Below are positions 1 to 11,341 of a stretch of 59,504 nt of DNA, one piece after another (within the stretch, counting starts at the first letter, position 1; every line of letters starts with the position of its first letter). Below the pieces are notes generated by a model that worked only from the letters and a program-made list of their open reading frames with translations, was not told the origin of the DNA and did no database searches. The DNA is from Acidocella sp. (GTDB lineage Bacteria; Pseudomonadota; Alphaproteobacteria; Acetobacterales; Acetobacteraceae). Location: NCBI GenBank assembly GCA_052326845.1, contig JBKQJR010000005.1; one strand, written 5' to 3'. Both the position numbers and the translations under genes were made by a program.

Positions 1-127
1 CGACTACATCGAGCGCTTCTATAACCCGAGACGACGCCATTCCAAGCTAGGCTATCTCAGCCCCATGGAATTCGAAGCCAAGGCCGTGCTAGCTTAACTT
101 ACTGTCCACGAAACCGGCAGCAGCTCA
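1..127 (+). mobile_element. Right end of an IS3-family insertion sequence: 3' end of OrfB (2..97) plus right terminal inverted repeat (103..127)
   Basis: Frame 2 reads DYIERFYNPRRRHSKLGYLSPMEFEAKAVLA*, the typical IS3 OrfB C-terminus. 103..127 (TGTCCACGAAACCGGCAGCAGCTCA) ends in CA and is the exact reverse complement of 59378..59402. Confidence 0.93.
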
Positions 128-760
<633 letters not shown>

Positions 761-969
761 ACCACTTTTACCGAACTCAAGAACAAATCGCGATCAGCCT
801 CGTCCCTCGCGGCGGAAGGTATTGAAAAAACTGGCTTGTCGCCCAGCCTAACCACCGCCGTAAACGCTGTGTCTGCTTGTGAACGTCTGGCTTTTGTTAC
901 GACTTTTGGCGTTTGAGGTGTTTTATACCAGCCCGCCTTGATTCTGACTCTCTGTAGGGGGATTCCCAA
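761..969 (-). pseudogene. Possible remnant of a gene cut by the IS at 760
   Basis: Lower-GC open frame (track 685..969) that runs straight into the IS right end. No family recognised. Confidence 0.25.
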
Positions 970-1041
970 GGATCGGTATTTCCGATTCGATAGAGGGAAA
1001 CAGGCGTTGGAGCCAGAACACTAGGTGCCGAGACCTCCACA

Positions 1042-2157
1042 TCACAGATGCACGAACGGAAGCACGATTTCCAACCCGATCAGCACCACCACGAGGATTT
1101 CCAGAAGCTCTCCCCGTGCGCTCGAGGCTTCGTCATGCAAAGCCGCATAGGTATCGCGGATGATCGCCAGCTTTCGGTCCACGGCAGCACCTACAGCGTG
1201 CACGCGGAACAGGTCCAGTGCGGCGGCATAGATGCGGGCTAGATACACGTCGCCGGTGGCCTGCAAGGCGTTGTCGAGTTTTTCTGTGAGTTCCGTCACC
1301 TCCGCGACCAGCGTGTACAGGCGGCGGGCCAAGGTGGAGAAACGGCGCGGAGCGAGCATGACATTGGTGCGGCGCACGTCGTTGATCAAGTCATACATAC
1401 GCGGCAGCTCGGCGTCCAGGAGCTCATCATAGTAGCGGGTTTCCAAAAGCCGTGCGTTCGCGACTTCCAGAACGTCCATCACGTCGGCGTCGCCGCGCGG
1501 CTCGTAGATGAAGGCGCGGGCCCAGGTCAGCACCACCAGATCGTCGGTGTAGTAAGAGAAGCGCTGACGCATCAAGTCCAGGCGTGCGCCCTCCGAGAGC
1601 GGGCGCTGGTCGCCGGAGAGTAGCGGCACCAGGTCGATGCGCTCAAGCAATGTGGCAGCCGCCAGCTCCTCATCGAAACCGTGCACCAGGCCGATGAGAT
1701 AGTCTTCCTCGATCGGCGACAGGGCAGGGCGGAGCAGCGCCGGTGCCAACAGGCCGCGCACATGCCGTAGCAGGTCAGCCCAGATGGTGGTGCCAGAGGC
1801 TTGCCCGACTGCGCGGTCCACAGCGCGGAACTGGGTCAAGAACAGCGGCCAGTGCACCTCCTTGATAGGCACGCGTAACGCAAAGGAAATGGCGCCGAAA
1901 TCATAGACGCGCGCCGTCACCTCCGCGGCAATTTTTGCGCCCTCCAGTTCCAGCGTGACCGGATCAAGCGGCAGCGCCACTGGTGGCACGCCGAACGCCA
2001 TTGCCTTGGGCGGCGTGGTGGTCAGCCGGCCTCGGTGGGCGGCGCGGGCTTGGCTGGCCCACAACGCCTCCACCTGCTTCAGGTCGATTTCATGGGCGAT
2101 ACCAAACATTCGGAACGCAACGATCGCGCCGTCGCGGATGATCAGGTCAGGCGGCAT
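1042..2157 (-). CDS. RMD1/YagE (DUF155)-like protein with a C-terminal membrane anchor
   Basis: 371 aa with GGAG before the ATG. Motifs VYDFGAI and DVYLARIY, and the ending ELLEILVVVLIGLEIV, resemble the RMD1 family C-terminus. Confidence 0.65.
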   Translation of the reverse strand: MPPDLIIRDGAIVAFRMFGIAHEIDLKQVEALWASQARAAHRGRLTTTPPKAMAFGVPPVALPLDPVTLELEGAKIAAEVTARVYDFGAISFALRVPIKEVHWPLFLTQFRAVDRAVGQASGTTIWADLLRHVRGLLAPALLRPALSPIEEDYLIGLVHGFDEELAAATLLERIDLVPLLSGDQRPLSEGARLDLMRQRFSYYTDDLVVLTWARAFIYEPRGDADVMDVLEVANARLLETRYYDELLDAELPRMYDLINDVRRTNVMLAPRRFSTLARRLYTLVAEVTELTEKLDNALQATGDVYLARIYAAALDLFRVHAVGAAVDRKLAIIRDTYAALHDEASSARGELLEILVVVLIGLEIVLPFVHL

Positions 2158-2233
2158 TGGATCTCCAAGGACGGTGACGACGCACGCAGCGAAGCCCGGT
2201 CTGCGTCGTCATGTCAACGGCGGCGGGCTTGGC

Positions 2234-2723
2234 TCATGGCAGCCGCCATAAATGCCGCAAACACACAGGCGGCTTTACGCTGAGCGCAAATAGCTGCCCT
2301 TCGTCCGGGCTGAGATCTTGCCCGTACCCAGCCCCGACCTTTCCTGTCGAATGACCAAAAATCTTGTCCGCCAGCTCATCGCCAATGTTGCTCGCCCAGA
2401 GCATCTGCCGGAAGCTATGCCGCAGCGAATAGAGCACGACCTGCAGGTCATTGCTGACCGTGGCATTCAAATACTGGTTCAACCATTTCGACCATGCGCG
2501 GCGGTTCTTGGCTCAGCGCCGGGCTGAACAAGGGTGTGCCACTGGCGGCTTGCTTCTTCGCCCAGTCGAGCAGCCCCATCTTGATCAGGTCCGGCAGGAT
2601 TGGAACCAGCCGTGGCGCGGCGCTCGTCTTGCGTCCGCCGGCAATGGCCGCGATATCCAACGGCACCCACACCCGGAAATAGTACCTGCTGCCCCGCCTT
2701 TCGACGTACGAACAACCCGACAT
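2234..2723 (-). pseudogene. Internally deleted, frameshifted tyrosine integrase (DUF6538-type N-terminus)
   Basis: YVERRGSRYYFRVWVPLDI is fused directly to KTSAAPRLVPILPDLIKMGLLDW. A second frame gives YSLRHSF...IFGHS...AGYG (HxxR-like box, GH and catalytic Tyr region). Starts 85 bp downstream of the tRNA-Glu 3' end. Confidence 0.85.
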
Positions 2724-2733
2724 ATGGCTTCCC

Positions 2734-2757
2734 GCTATGACACAAAGCTATGTCACA
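2734..2757. repeat. 11-bp direct repeat, candidate integrase arm-type sites
   Basis: GCTATGACACA (2734..2744) and GCTATGTCACA (2747..2757) lie between the tRNA 3' end and the integrase start. Confidence 0.5.
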
Positions 2758-2808
2758 TTCGCGGGACGACACCAAAAATATCTAGCGATATCAATATGTT
2801 GGAAGTGA

Positions 2809-2884
2809 TGGCGTCCCCAAGGGGATTCGAACCCCTGTTACCGCCGTGAGAGGGCGGTGTCCTAGGCCTCTAGACGATGGGGAC
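2809..2884 (-). tRNA. tRNA-Glu(CTC)
   Basis: Minus strand GTCCCCATCGTCTAGAGGCCTAGGACACCGCCCTCTCACGGCGGTAACAGGGGTTCGAATCCCCTTGGGGACGCCA. Anticodon CTC, CCA encoded. Confidence 0.97.
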
Positions 2885-2922
2885 TAAAGGTGGACGCCTG
2901 CTACGCTGCTCCGCGTGATCAG

Positions 2923-4695
2923 TCAAGCGGGGGCGGCGTCGGTAATGAAAAAACCAGCCGAAACACGGCCCTGCCAGCTTTCTGCGCGCAGATATCCAGC
3001 CAGGTGCAGCGGTGCGCCGCCTGCGCGGTCCAGGGCTTCGGCCAGCGGGCCATCCTTGGCGCGGAACAGCAGCGCTTTCAGCCGCCCGCCGCCTTCGCCC
3101 TCGACCATGGCGCGAATCGTGCCACCATCCTTGCCGATGCGGTCGGACTTCACCACCCGCGCGCGCGGCAGCACGAAGAGCGGCTCTGTATTGCCGGTGC
3201 CGAAGGGGCCCAGCCTGGCCACCATCTGCGCCAGAGCCGCGTCGGCTCCGGCCACGCCCAGCACGCCGTCCAGCATCAGCTCGGCCGTGGCGGGCAATTC
3301 GGCGGCCTTGGCCAAGCGGGCGCTCAGGAACTCGTGCAACTCGCCCAGCGCCGTCTCGGGTGCCGAGAACCCCGCCGCCATGGCATGGCCGCCGCCGGTG
3401 GCCAGGAGCCCGCTCTGCCGCGCCGCGATGACCGCTGCGCCGAGGTCGATGCCGGGAACCGAGCGGCCTGAGCCCTTGGCCATGCCCTCGGTAATGCCGG
3501 CGACGAGGGCAGGGCGGTTGAACTTCTCCTTCACCCGGCCCGCGACAATGCCGACCACGCCCGGGTGCCACCCCTCCTGCGCGAGCAGGATAACCCCGTG
3601 CCCGGCCTCGACCTGCGCCTGGGCCTGGGCCATGGCGTCGGAGGTAATGCCAGCCTCCACCGCTTGGCGTTGGCGGTTCACCACGTCCAACGCCTGGGCC
3701 AGCTCGGCGGCCAGAGCCTCGTCCTCGGCCAGCAGCAGGCGCAGCCCCATATCGGCCTCGGCAATGCGGCCGGAGGCGTTGATGCGCGGCCCCAGGGCGA
3801 AGCCGCAATGCATGGCGTTCGGCGCCTCGGTAAGCTTGGCGACATCCAGCAGTGCCGCGATGCCCGGCCGGGACCGGCGCGCCATCACCCGCAGGCCTTG
3901 CGTCACGAAGGCGCGGTTGAGCCCGGTCAGCGGCATCACGTCGCACACTGTTGCCAGCGCCACCAAGTCCAGGAACTCGCGCAGATCCGGTTCCGGCCGG
4001 CTCTCGAAGAAGCCGCGCTTGCGCAGGCTGCGAAGCAGCGCCACGCAGGCGATGAAGGTGACGGCGGCGGCGCAGATATTGTGCAGGCCGGAGGTGCAGT
4101 CGAGCCGGTTCGGGTTCGCCGTGGCGCGGATCGGCGGCGGCGGACCCTCGGATTTATGGTGGTCGAACACCAGAATGTCGGCGGCGTTGTGCAACGGTGC
4201 GAAGGCCGCATGAGCCGCCGTGCCGCAATCCACGCAGATCAGCAGCCGCGCACCGCGCTCCACCATGCCGCGCAGGGCGTTGGTGTTGGGGCCGTAGCCT
4301 TCCAGTATGCGGTCCGGCACATGGTACACCACGTTGCAGCCGAGCTGGCGCAGCAATGTGACGAGCAGGGCCGCGCTGCAGGCGCCATCCACGTCGTAAT
4401 CGCCGAACACGCCGATGGTCTCGCCATCCATTATCGCATCGGCGAGGCGCGCGGCGGCGGCGTCCATGTCCACGATGCTGGACGGGTCGGGCAGCATGGC
4501 CCGCAATGTGGGGTCGAGGAAATCGGGGACATGCTCGGCGCTCACGCCCCGTGCGGCGAGCAGGCGGCCCATCAACTCGGGCATGCCCAGCTGCTGTGCA
4601 AGTCCTTGCCCCACCCGCTCCTCATGGCGAGTGCGCCACACCCAGCGCTTGCCCGTGAGGCTCTGCGTTATCCCAAAGGCGTGGTCATCCATCAT
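2923..4695 (-). CDS. recJ: Single-stranded-DNA-specific exonuclease RecJ
   Basis: GDYDVDG, CVDCG, DHH, ATVCDVMPL, GPRINASGR, GSGRS and GGHAMAAG motifs. Start lies between 4692 and 4707. Confidence 0.96.
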   Translation of the reverse strand: MMDDHAFGITQSLTGKRWVWRTRHEERVGQGLAQQLGMPELMGRLLAARGVSAEHVPDFLDPTLRAMLPDPSSIVDMDAAAARLADAIMDGETIGVFGDYDVDGACSAALLVTLLRQLGCNVVYHVPDRILEGYGPNTNALRGMVERGARLLICVDCGTAAHAAFAPLHNAADILVFDHHKSEGPPPPIRATANPNRLDCTSGLHNICAAAVTFIACVALLRSLRKRGFFESRPEPDLREFLDLVALATVCDVMPLTGLNRAFVTQGLRVMARRSRPGIAALLDVAKLTEAPNAMHCGFALGPRINASGRIAEADMGLRLLLAEDEALAAELAQALDVVNRQRQAVEAGITSDAMAQAQAQVEAGHGVILLAQEGWHPGVVGIVAGRVKEKFNRPALVAGITEGMAKGSGRSVPGIDLGAAVIAARQSGLLATGGGHAMAAGFSAPETALGELHEFLSARLAKAAELPATAELMLDGVLGVAGADAALAQMVARLGPFGTGNTEPLFVLPRARVVKSDRIGKDGGTIRAMVEGEGGGRLKALLFRAKDGPLAEALDRAGGAPLHLAGYLRAESWQGRVSAGFFITDAAPA

Positions 4696-4747
4696 CCCCC
4701 GCTTCAATCGGAGATGCCGAGTCGAGGCAAGCTTTTGCAGCGATCTC

Positions 4748-5596
4748 TTATGGCACGAGCTGATAATGCACCGTGTAGTCCACGGTCACATGGTCGTCCT
4801 TGGCGTCCGCTGGGAAGGGCGGCAGCTGGTTGTCGGAGAACAGCAGTTCCCAGGCCTGGTCCAGGAAGGTGGAGTCCGCCGAGCGCAGCAGGCGCAGCCC
4901 GGTCACATGGCCGTTGCGGTCCACGGTGAATTCCACCTCCGCGGTCCCCTGCTGGTTCTGTGCGATCGCGGCCTGCGGGTAATAGGCGTGCTCGCTCACC
5001 CATTTGGTGAGTGCTGCGTCCCAGTCCGATCCGGCATCGCCATGCACAGCGAAATCCGCACCGGTGACGGCCTGTGTGTCGTTTTGCGGAAGGCTGAGAT
5101 TCATTGCCCGGCCATGCGTGGGGGCGGGCGCCGCGCTGGCCGAGGGGCTGCCATAGGACATGTCGTTCATCACGATATAGCGCTGCGGCGGGGCAGGGCG
5201 GGGGTGCGGGCGGGGCTGCGGCGGCGTGGGCTGCGGCTTCGGCGCGCTGGGTAGCGAGGCCAGCGGGTTCTCCGGCATGTTGAGATTCACCTCGGCCTGG
5301 GTCTGCGGCGTGGGAGGCGGTGGTGGTGGCGGCGGGGTGGCAGGCGTTTCGGCCTGCTGGGGCTGGCCCTGCCGCACGATGGGCGGCGCAGTACTTTCTG
5401 GGCTGCCGCCATTCTCGAACACCACTGACACACCGGGCGGGCTCTGCTCCTCCTGCACCGGGGGACGGGTGCGGACGAACAGCACGATGCAGAGCGCCAG
5501 CACGTGCAACAGCAACGCGGCACCCCAGGCCCAGGGGTGCCAGCGCGGGCGGCCTTCCGGCGCGGCCAGGCGATCGCCTGCCGCGAAATCGGCTAT
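4748..5596 (-). CDS. tonB: Energy transducer TonB-family protein (start uncertain)
   Basis: TM segment LLLHVLAL, Pro-rich spacer, and C-terminal YP..A...QQG...FTVDRNGHV...LDQA domain. There is no ATG/GTG/TTG in frame between the upstream stop and the TM segment. Confidence 0.82.
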   Translation of the reverse strand: MADFAAGDRLAAPEGRPRWHPWAWGAALLLHVLALCIVLFVRTRPPVQEEQSPPGVSVVFENGGSPESTAPPIVRQGQPQQAETPATPPPPPPPPTPQTQAEVNLNMPENPLASLPSAPKPQPTPPQPRPHPRPAPPQRYIVMNDMSYGSPSASAAPAPTHGRAMNLSLPQNDTQAVTGADFAVHGDAGSDWDAALTKWVSEHAYYPQAAIAQNQQGTAEVEFTVDRNGHVTGLRLLRSADSTFLDQAWELLFSDNQLPPFPADAKDDHVTVDYTVHYQLVP

Positions 5597-5615
5597 GTCG
5601 GACGAGGCGCTGGCC

Positions 5616-6125
5616 TCAATAAGGAGCGTAGTAAGCGGGCGGAGGCGGGGCTGCGTAATATCCCTGGGCCGATGCGTAAGGACCTTGCTGAATCGTCTCG
5701 CCATTTCCCACCATGCACTGTGCATAGGCCACGTCATAGCGGCCTTGGAGGGAATCCGCAGTAGCCTGGGCGTTATTACCTGCCACGGAGGCGCCGCCAA
5801 GCAAACCGGCCCCCGCGCCCACGGCGGCACCAGCCCCCACATTGCCAGCCAGCGAGCCCAGCCCGGCACCGACGGCGGCGCCGAGCAGCGTGCCTGCCAC
5901 GGCCGTTTTGGCAGAGTTGTTTTGCGTGTCGGCCGACACCTGGCCAGAATTGGAGATCCGCGACTGCGCGTAGTTGCGGCAGTTGTAGTCATCCTCCTGG
6001 AACTGCGGCCAGCTCTTGCCCGGGGCAGGCATGGCCACCACGGTAGGTCCGCTCGGCGGCGCCACGCTGCAGGCGCCCAGCGCCAACAGCGGCAGCATGG
6101 CGAGGCCCAGAATGTCCTTTCTCAT
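5616..6125 (-). CDS. Glycine-zipper lipoprotein
   Basis: MRKDILGLAMLPLLALGAC lipobox, GAAVGAGLG/GAGAAVGAGAG zipper, YAQCM..G motif, GGAG RBS. Confidence 0.85.
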   Translation of the reverse strand: MRKDILGLAMLPLLALGACSVAPPSGPTVVAMPAPGKSWPQFQEDDYNCRNYAQSRISNSGQVSADTQNNSAKTAVAGTLLGAAVGAGLGSLAGNVGAGAAVGAGAGLLGGASVAGNNAQATADSLQGRYDVAYAQCMVGNGETIQQGPYASAQGYYAAPPPPAYYAPY

Positions 6126-6309
6126 TGTCGTACTCCTGCGTGCTGTGCACAGCCTTGTCTTGGCACCGACATTAAGTCCCGGGGCGGCACGCCGCAACGC
6201 AAACCTCCCCAGGTCTTACAATTCGTATCCAAAACTTAAGTAACGCCGGATTACGGCAATAAAATGCCAGTTCGTGACGGCCACCGGAGTAGACTTGTGG
6301 AGCAGCCGT

Positions 6310-7440
6310 TCAGTTCCGTCCCTCGAAGAAGTCCTTCACCTTGGCGAAGAAGCCCTCATGCTCCGGGCTGCCGGCTTTGTGGCCGTGCGCCTCGCGCGCG
6401 AACTCCTCCAGCAACTCGCGCTGGCGGCGGGTGAGGTTCTGCGGCGTCTCCACGGCGACCTGGATATACATGTCGCCGCGCTGCGTGCTGCGCAGCACGG
6501 AGAAGCCCTTGCCGCGCAAGCGGAACTGGTCGCCCGACTGCGTGCCAGCCGGGATCTTCACCTTGGAAGCCGTGCCGTCGATGGTCGGCACCTCGATCTC
6601 GCCGCCCAGCGCCGCCTGCGTCATCAGCAGGGGCACGCGGCAGAAGATGTTGGCGCCGTCGCGCTGGAAGATGGGGTGCGGACGGACGGAGACATGCACG
6701 TACAGATCGCCCGGCGGTGCGCCGCGGGCTCCTGCCTCGCCCTCGCCGGAGAGGCGGATGCGCGTGCCGTCTTCCACGCCGGCCGGGATCTGCACAGCCA
6801 GCGTCTTCTCGCGTGGCACGGTGCCGGCGCCGACGCATACCCGGCACGGGTTGCGCACCACGCGGCCGGAGCCGCCGCAGGTGGGGCAGGTGCGCTCGAC
6901 CAGGAAGAAGCCCTGTTGCGCGCGGATGCGCCCGGCGCCGCCGCAGGTGCCGCAGCTTTCCGAGCCGCTCTTGTCAGCCGAGCCGGAACCGCCGCAGGCA
7001 TCGCAGGTCATGCGGGTGGTCACGCGCACATTCGCCTTGGTGCCGGTGAAGGCTTCCTTCAGGTCGATCTCGACGGCGGCCTTGATGTCCGCGCCCGATT
7101 GCGAACCACCGCTGCGGCGCCCGCCGCCGCCGAACATCTGCTCGAAGATATCGCCGAGCCCGCCCTCGAAGCCGAAGCCGCCGCCCATGCCGCCACCCGC
7201 GCCCATGCCGCCATTCTCGAAGGCGGCGTGGCCGAAGCGGTCATAGGCGCCGCGCTTCTGGTCATCCTTGAGGACGTCGTAGGCCTCGTTGATTTCCTTG
7301 AATTTCTCTTCCGCTTTCGCATCACCGGGGTTGCGGTCCGGGTGATACTGCATGGCCAGCTTGCGGTAAGCCTTCTTCAATTCATCGGCGCTGGCGCCGC
7401 GCTCAACCCCGAGCGTGGCGTAGTAGTCCTGTTTGGCCAT
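6310..7440 (-). CDS. dnaJ: Chaperone DnaJ
   Basis: J domain with HPD, G/F region and four CxxCxGxG repeats. Confidence 0.98.
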   Translation of the reverse strand: MAKQDYYATLGVERGASADELKKAYRKLAMQYHPDRNPGDAKAEEKFKEINEAYDVLKDDQKRGAYDRFGHAAFENGGMGAGGGMGGGFGFEGGLGDIFEQMFGGGGRRSGGSQSGADIKAAVEIDLKEAFTGTKANVRVTTRMTCDACGGSGSADKSGSESCGTCGGAGRIRAQQGFFLVERTCPTCGGSGRVVRNPCRVCVGAGTVPREKTLAVQIPAGVEDGTRIRLSGEGEAGARGAPPGDLYVHVSVRPHPIFQRDGANIFCRVPLLMTQAALGGEIEVPTIDGTASKVKIPAGTQSGDQFRLRGKGFSVLRSTQRGDMYIQVAVETPQNLTRRQRELLEEFAREAHGHKAGSPEHEGFFAKVKDFFEGRN

Positions 7441-7471
7441 GGCGGCGCTATGTTCCTAACTCTGCGAATCG

Positions 7472-7503
7472 AAAAAAATCCCGGGGCGAACCCCGGGATT
7501 TTC
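7472..7503 (-). terminator. Intrinsic terminator between dnaK and dnaJ
   Basis: Minus strand AAAATCCCGGGG-TTCG-CCCCGGGATTTTTTT. Confidence 0.8.
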
Positions 7504-7526
7504 ATGTGTTGATTTGAAACCCGGGA

Positions 7527-9431
<1,905 letters not shown>

Positions 9432-9561
9432 ATGTTTTCGCTCCTTTGCAGCGGATCGCGCCAGCCCGAAGCACCGGGGCGATCCCTTTGAACAATGCCC
9501 AATATGTATTCAAACCCCCCGCCGGACACAAGGGTCTTGTGGCGCCCGGCGGGGAGGCCTC

Positions 9562-11136
9562 TTAAGCAGACAGGGCTTCCGGCGCGGTGCGGGCGCGCTT
9601 GGTGATCAGCTTGTTCAGCGCATGGATATAGGCGCGCACGGCGGCCACGATGGTGTCCGTGTCCGCGCCCTGGCCGTCCACGGTCTTGCCGTCTTCCTCC
9701 AGGCGCACGGTGCAGCGGGCCTGGGCGTCGGTGCCCTCGGTCACGGCGCCCACCGAGAACAGCTGCAGCGCCGCCGTGTGCGGGAAGATGGCGTGGATGG
9801 CGTTGAAGGCCGCGTCCACCGGGCCGTCGCCGCGCTCGTCGGCAACCTTTTTCTCGCCGTCGATCTCCAGCTCCAGCAAAGCGCGGGGCTTGGCCTTGGA
9901 ACCAGCCCAGACTTCCAGCGACACAAACTTAATGCGCTGATGGCCACGCACCACCTCGTCATCGACCAGGGCCACGATGTCCTCGTCGTAGACGATCTTC
10001 TTGCGGTCGGCCAAATCCTTGAAGCGATTGAAGGCGTCGTTCAGCGCGTTGTCGCCCAGGTCGCCATAGCCCAGCGCGCTCAGCTTGTCGCGGAAGGCGG
10101 CACGGCCGGAATGCTTGCCCATCACCAGAGAGGTCTTCTGCCAGCCCACCGATTCGGGGGTCATGATCTCGTAGGTGGCGGCGTTCTTCAGCATGCCGTC
10201 CTGGTGGATGCCCGATTCGTGCGCGAAGGCGTTGCGCCCGACGATGGCCTTGTTCGGCTGCACGTCGAACCCGGTGATGGTGGACAGCAGCTTCGAGGTG
10301 CGCAGGATGCGCGTGGTCTCGATGTTGTGGTGGTAGGGGTTGGCGTCCGGGCGGGTGCGGATGGCCATCACCACCTCTTCCAGCGAGGCATTGCCCGCGC
10401 GCTCGCCGATGCCGTTGATGGTGCACTCGATCTGCCGCGCCCCGCCGCGCACGGCGGCCAGGGTGTTGGCCACGGCCAGGCCCAGATCGTTATGGCAATG
10501 CGCGGACAGGATCACCCGGTCCGCCCCCGGCACGCGCTGGCGCACGGTGGAGAAGATGCGCAGCATGTCCTCGGGCACGGCATAGCCCACCGTGTCGGGG
10601 ATGTTGATGGTGGTGGCGCCAGCCTTGATGGCGGCTTCCACGCAGCGGCACAGGAAGTCGATATCCGTGCGGGTGCCGTCCTCGGCCGACCACTCAACGT
10701 CATCGGTGAAGCTGCGCGCCAGGGTAACGGAGGAGGTGACATGCTCCAGGACCGTCTCCGGCTCCATGCGCAGCTTGTACTTCATGTGCAGCGGGGAAGT
10801 GCTGATGAAGGTGTGGATGCGCTTGCGCTCGGCGGCGCGGATGGCCTCGCCGGCGCGGGTGATGTCGTTGACGGCGGCGCGGGCCAGGCCGGTGATGACC
10901 GGGCCCTTGATGCTCTCCGCGATGCGGGTCACCGATTCGAAGTCGCCGGGCGAGGCGGCGGGGAAGCCGGCCTCCATCACGTCCACGCCCAGCGCGGCCA
11001 GAGCCTCGGCCATGCGCAGCTTCTCGTCGATGTTCATCGAGAAGCCGGGGGACTGCTCGCCGTCGCGCAGCGTGGTGTCGAAGATGATGACGCGCTTGTC
11101 GTCCATCGCGCCGAAATTGGGGTGGTTTATGGTCAT
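9562..11136 (-). CDS. leuA: 2-isopropylmalate synthase
   Basis: IFDTTLRDGEQSPG, HCHNDLG, GIGERAGN and HESGIHQDG motifs plus the regulatory domain. ATG 11136 follows GGAAGAG; an alternative ATG is at 11181. Confidence 0.97.
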   Translation of the reverse strand: MTINHPNFGAMDDKRVIIFDTTLRDGEQSPGFSMNIDEKLRMAEALAALGVDVMEAGFPAASPGDFESVTRIAESIKGPVITGLARAAVNDITRAGEAIRAAERKRIHTFISTSPLHMKYKLRMEPETVLEHVTSSVTLARSFTDDVEWSAEDGTRTDIDFLCRCVEAAIKAGATTINIPDTVGYAVPEDMLRIFSTVRQRVPGADRVILSAHCHNDLGLAVANTLAAVRGGARQIECTINGIGERAGNASLEEVVMAIRTRPDANPYHHNIETTRILRTSKLLSTITGFDVQPNKAIVGRNAFAHESGIHQDGMLKNAATYEIMTPESVGWQKTSLVMGKHSGRAAFRDKLSALGYGDLGDNALNDAFNRFKDLADRKKIVYDEDIVALVDDEVVRGHQRIKFVSLEVWAGSKAKPRALLELEIDGEKKVADERGDGPVDAAFNAIHAIFPHTAALQLFSVGAVTEGTDAQARCTVRLEEDGKTVDGQGADTDTIVAAVRAYIHALNKLITKRARTAPEALSA

Positions 11137-11182
11137 GTTTCTGCTCTTCCGTACAAATGCCGTTGCGGTGGTGGTGGGCATT

Positions 11183-11283
11183 CCCCTGAGCGGCGGCGGC
11201 GTTTTAAACGCGCGAAAGGGACTTAACGCTCAGGGGCGGATAAGTCGAAGGAGCAGCCCAGCAAGGGTGGGGGCATAAGCCAT
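11183..11283 (-). promoter_or_regulatory. leuA leader: Leu-rich leader peptide (11230..11283, MAYAPTLAGLLLRLIRP) plus a 10-bp stem
   Basis: 17-codon uORF with 5 Leu codons (three consecutive). Its stop lies in CCCCTGAGCG (11227..11236), which pairs perfectly with CGCTCAGGGG (11183..11192). Confidence 0.8.
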
Positions 11284-11341
11284 GGCCCGGAAATTAGGAG
11301 AATTTCTTACCCGGCGCAAGAAGTTTGCCGGGTCTTGCTCC

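Noticed and set aside
2451-2849. ORF ending MASPRGFEPLLPP
   Set aside because: Antisense translation across tRNA-Glu and the integrase remnant.
9502-9532. RpoH-type promoter for dnaK (CTTG...TACATAT on the minus strand)
   Set aside because: The spacer is about 20 nt, longer than the usual 17-18. Plausible but not supportable by eye.
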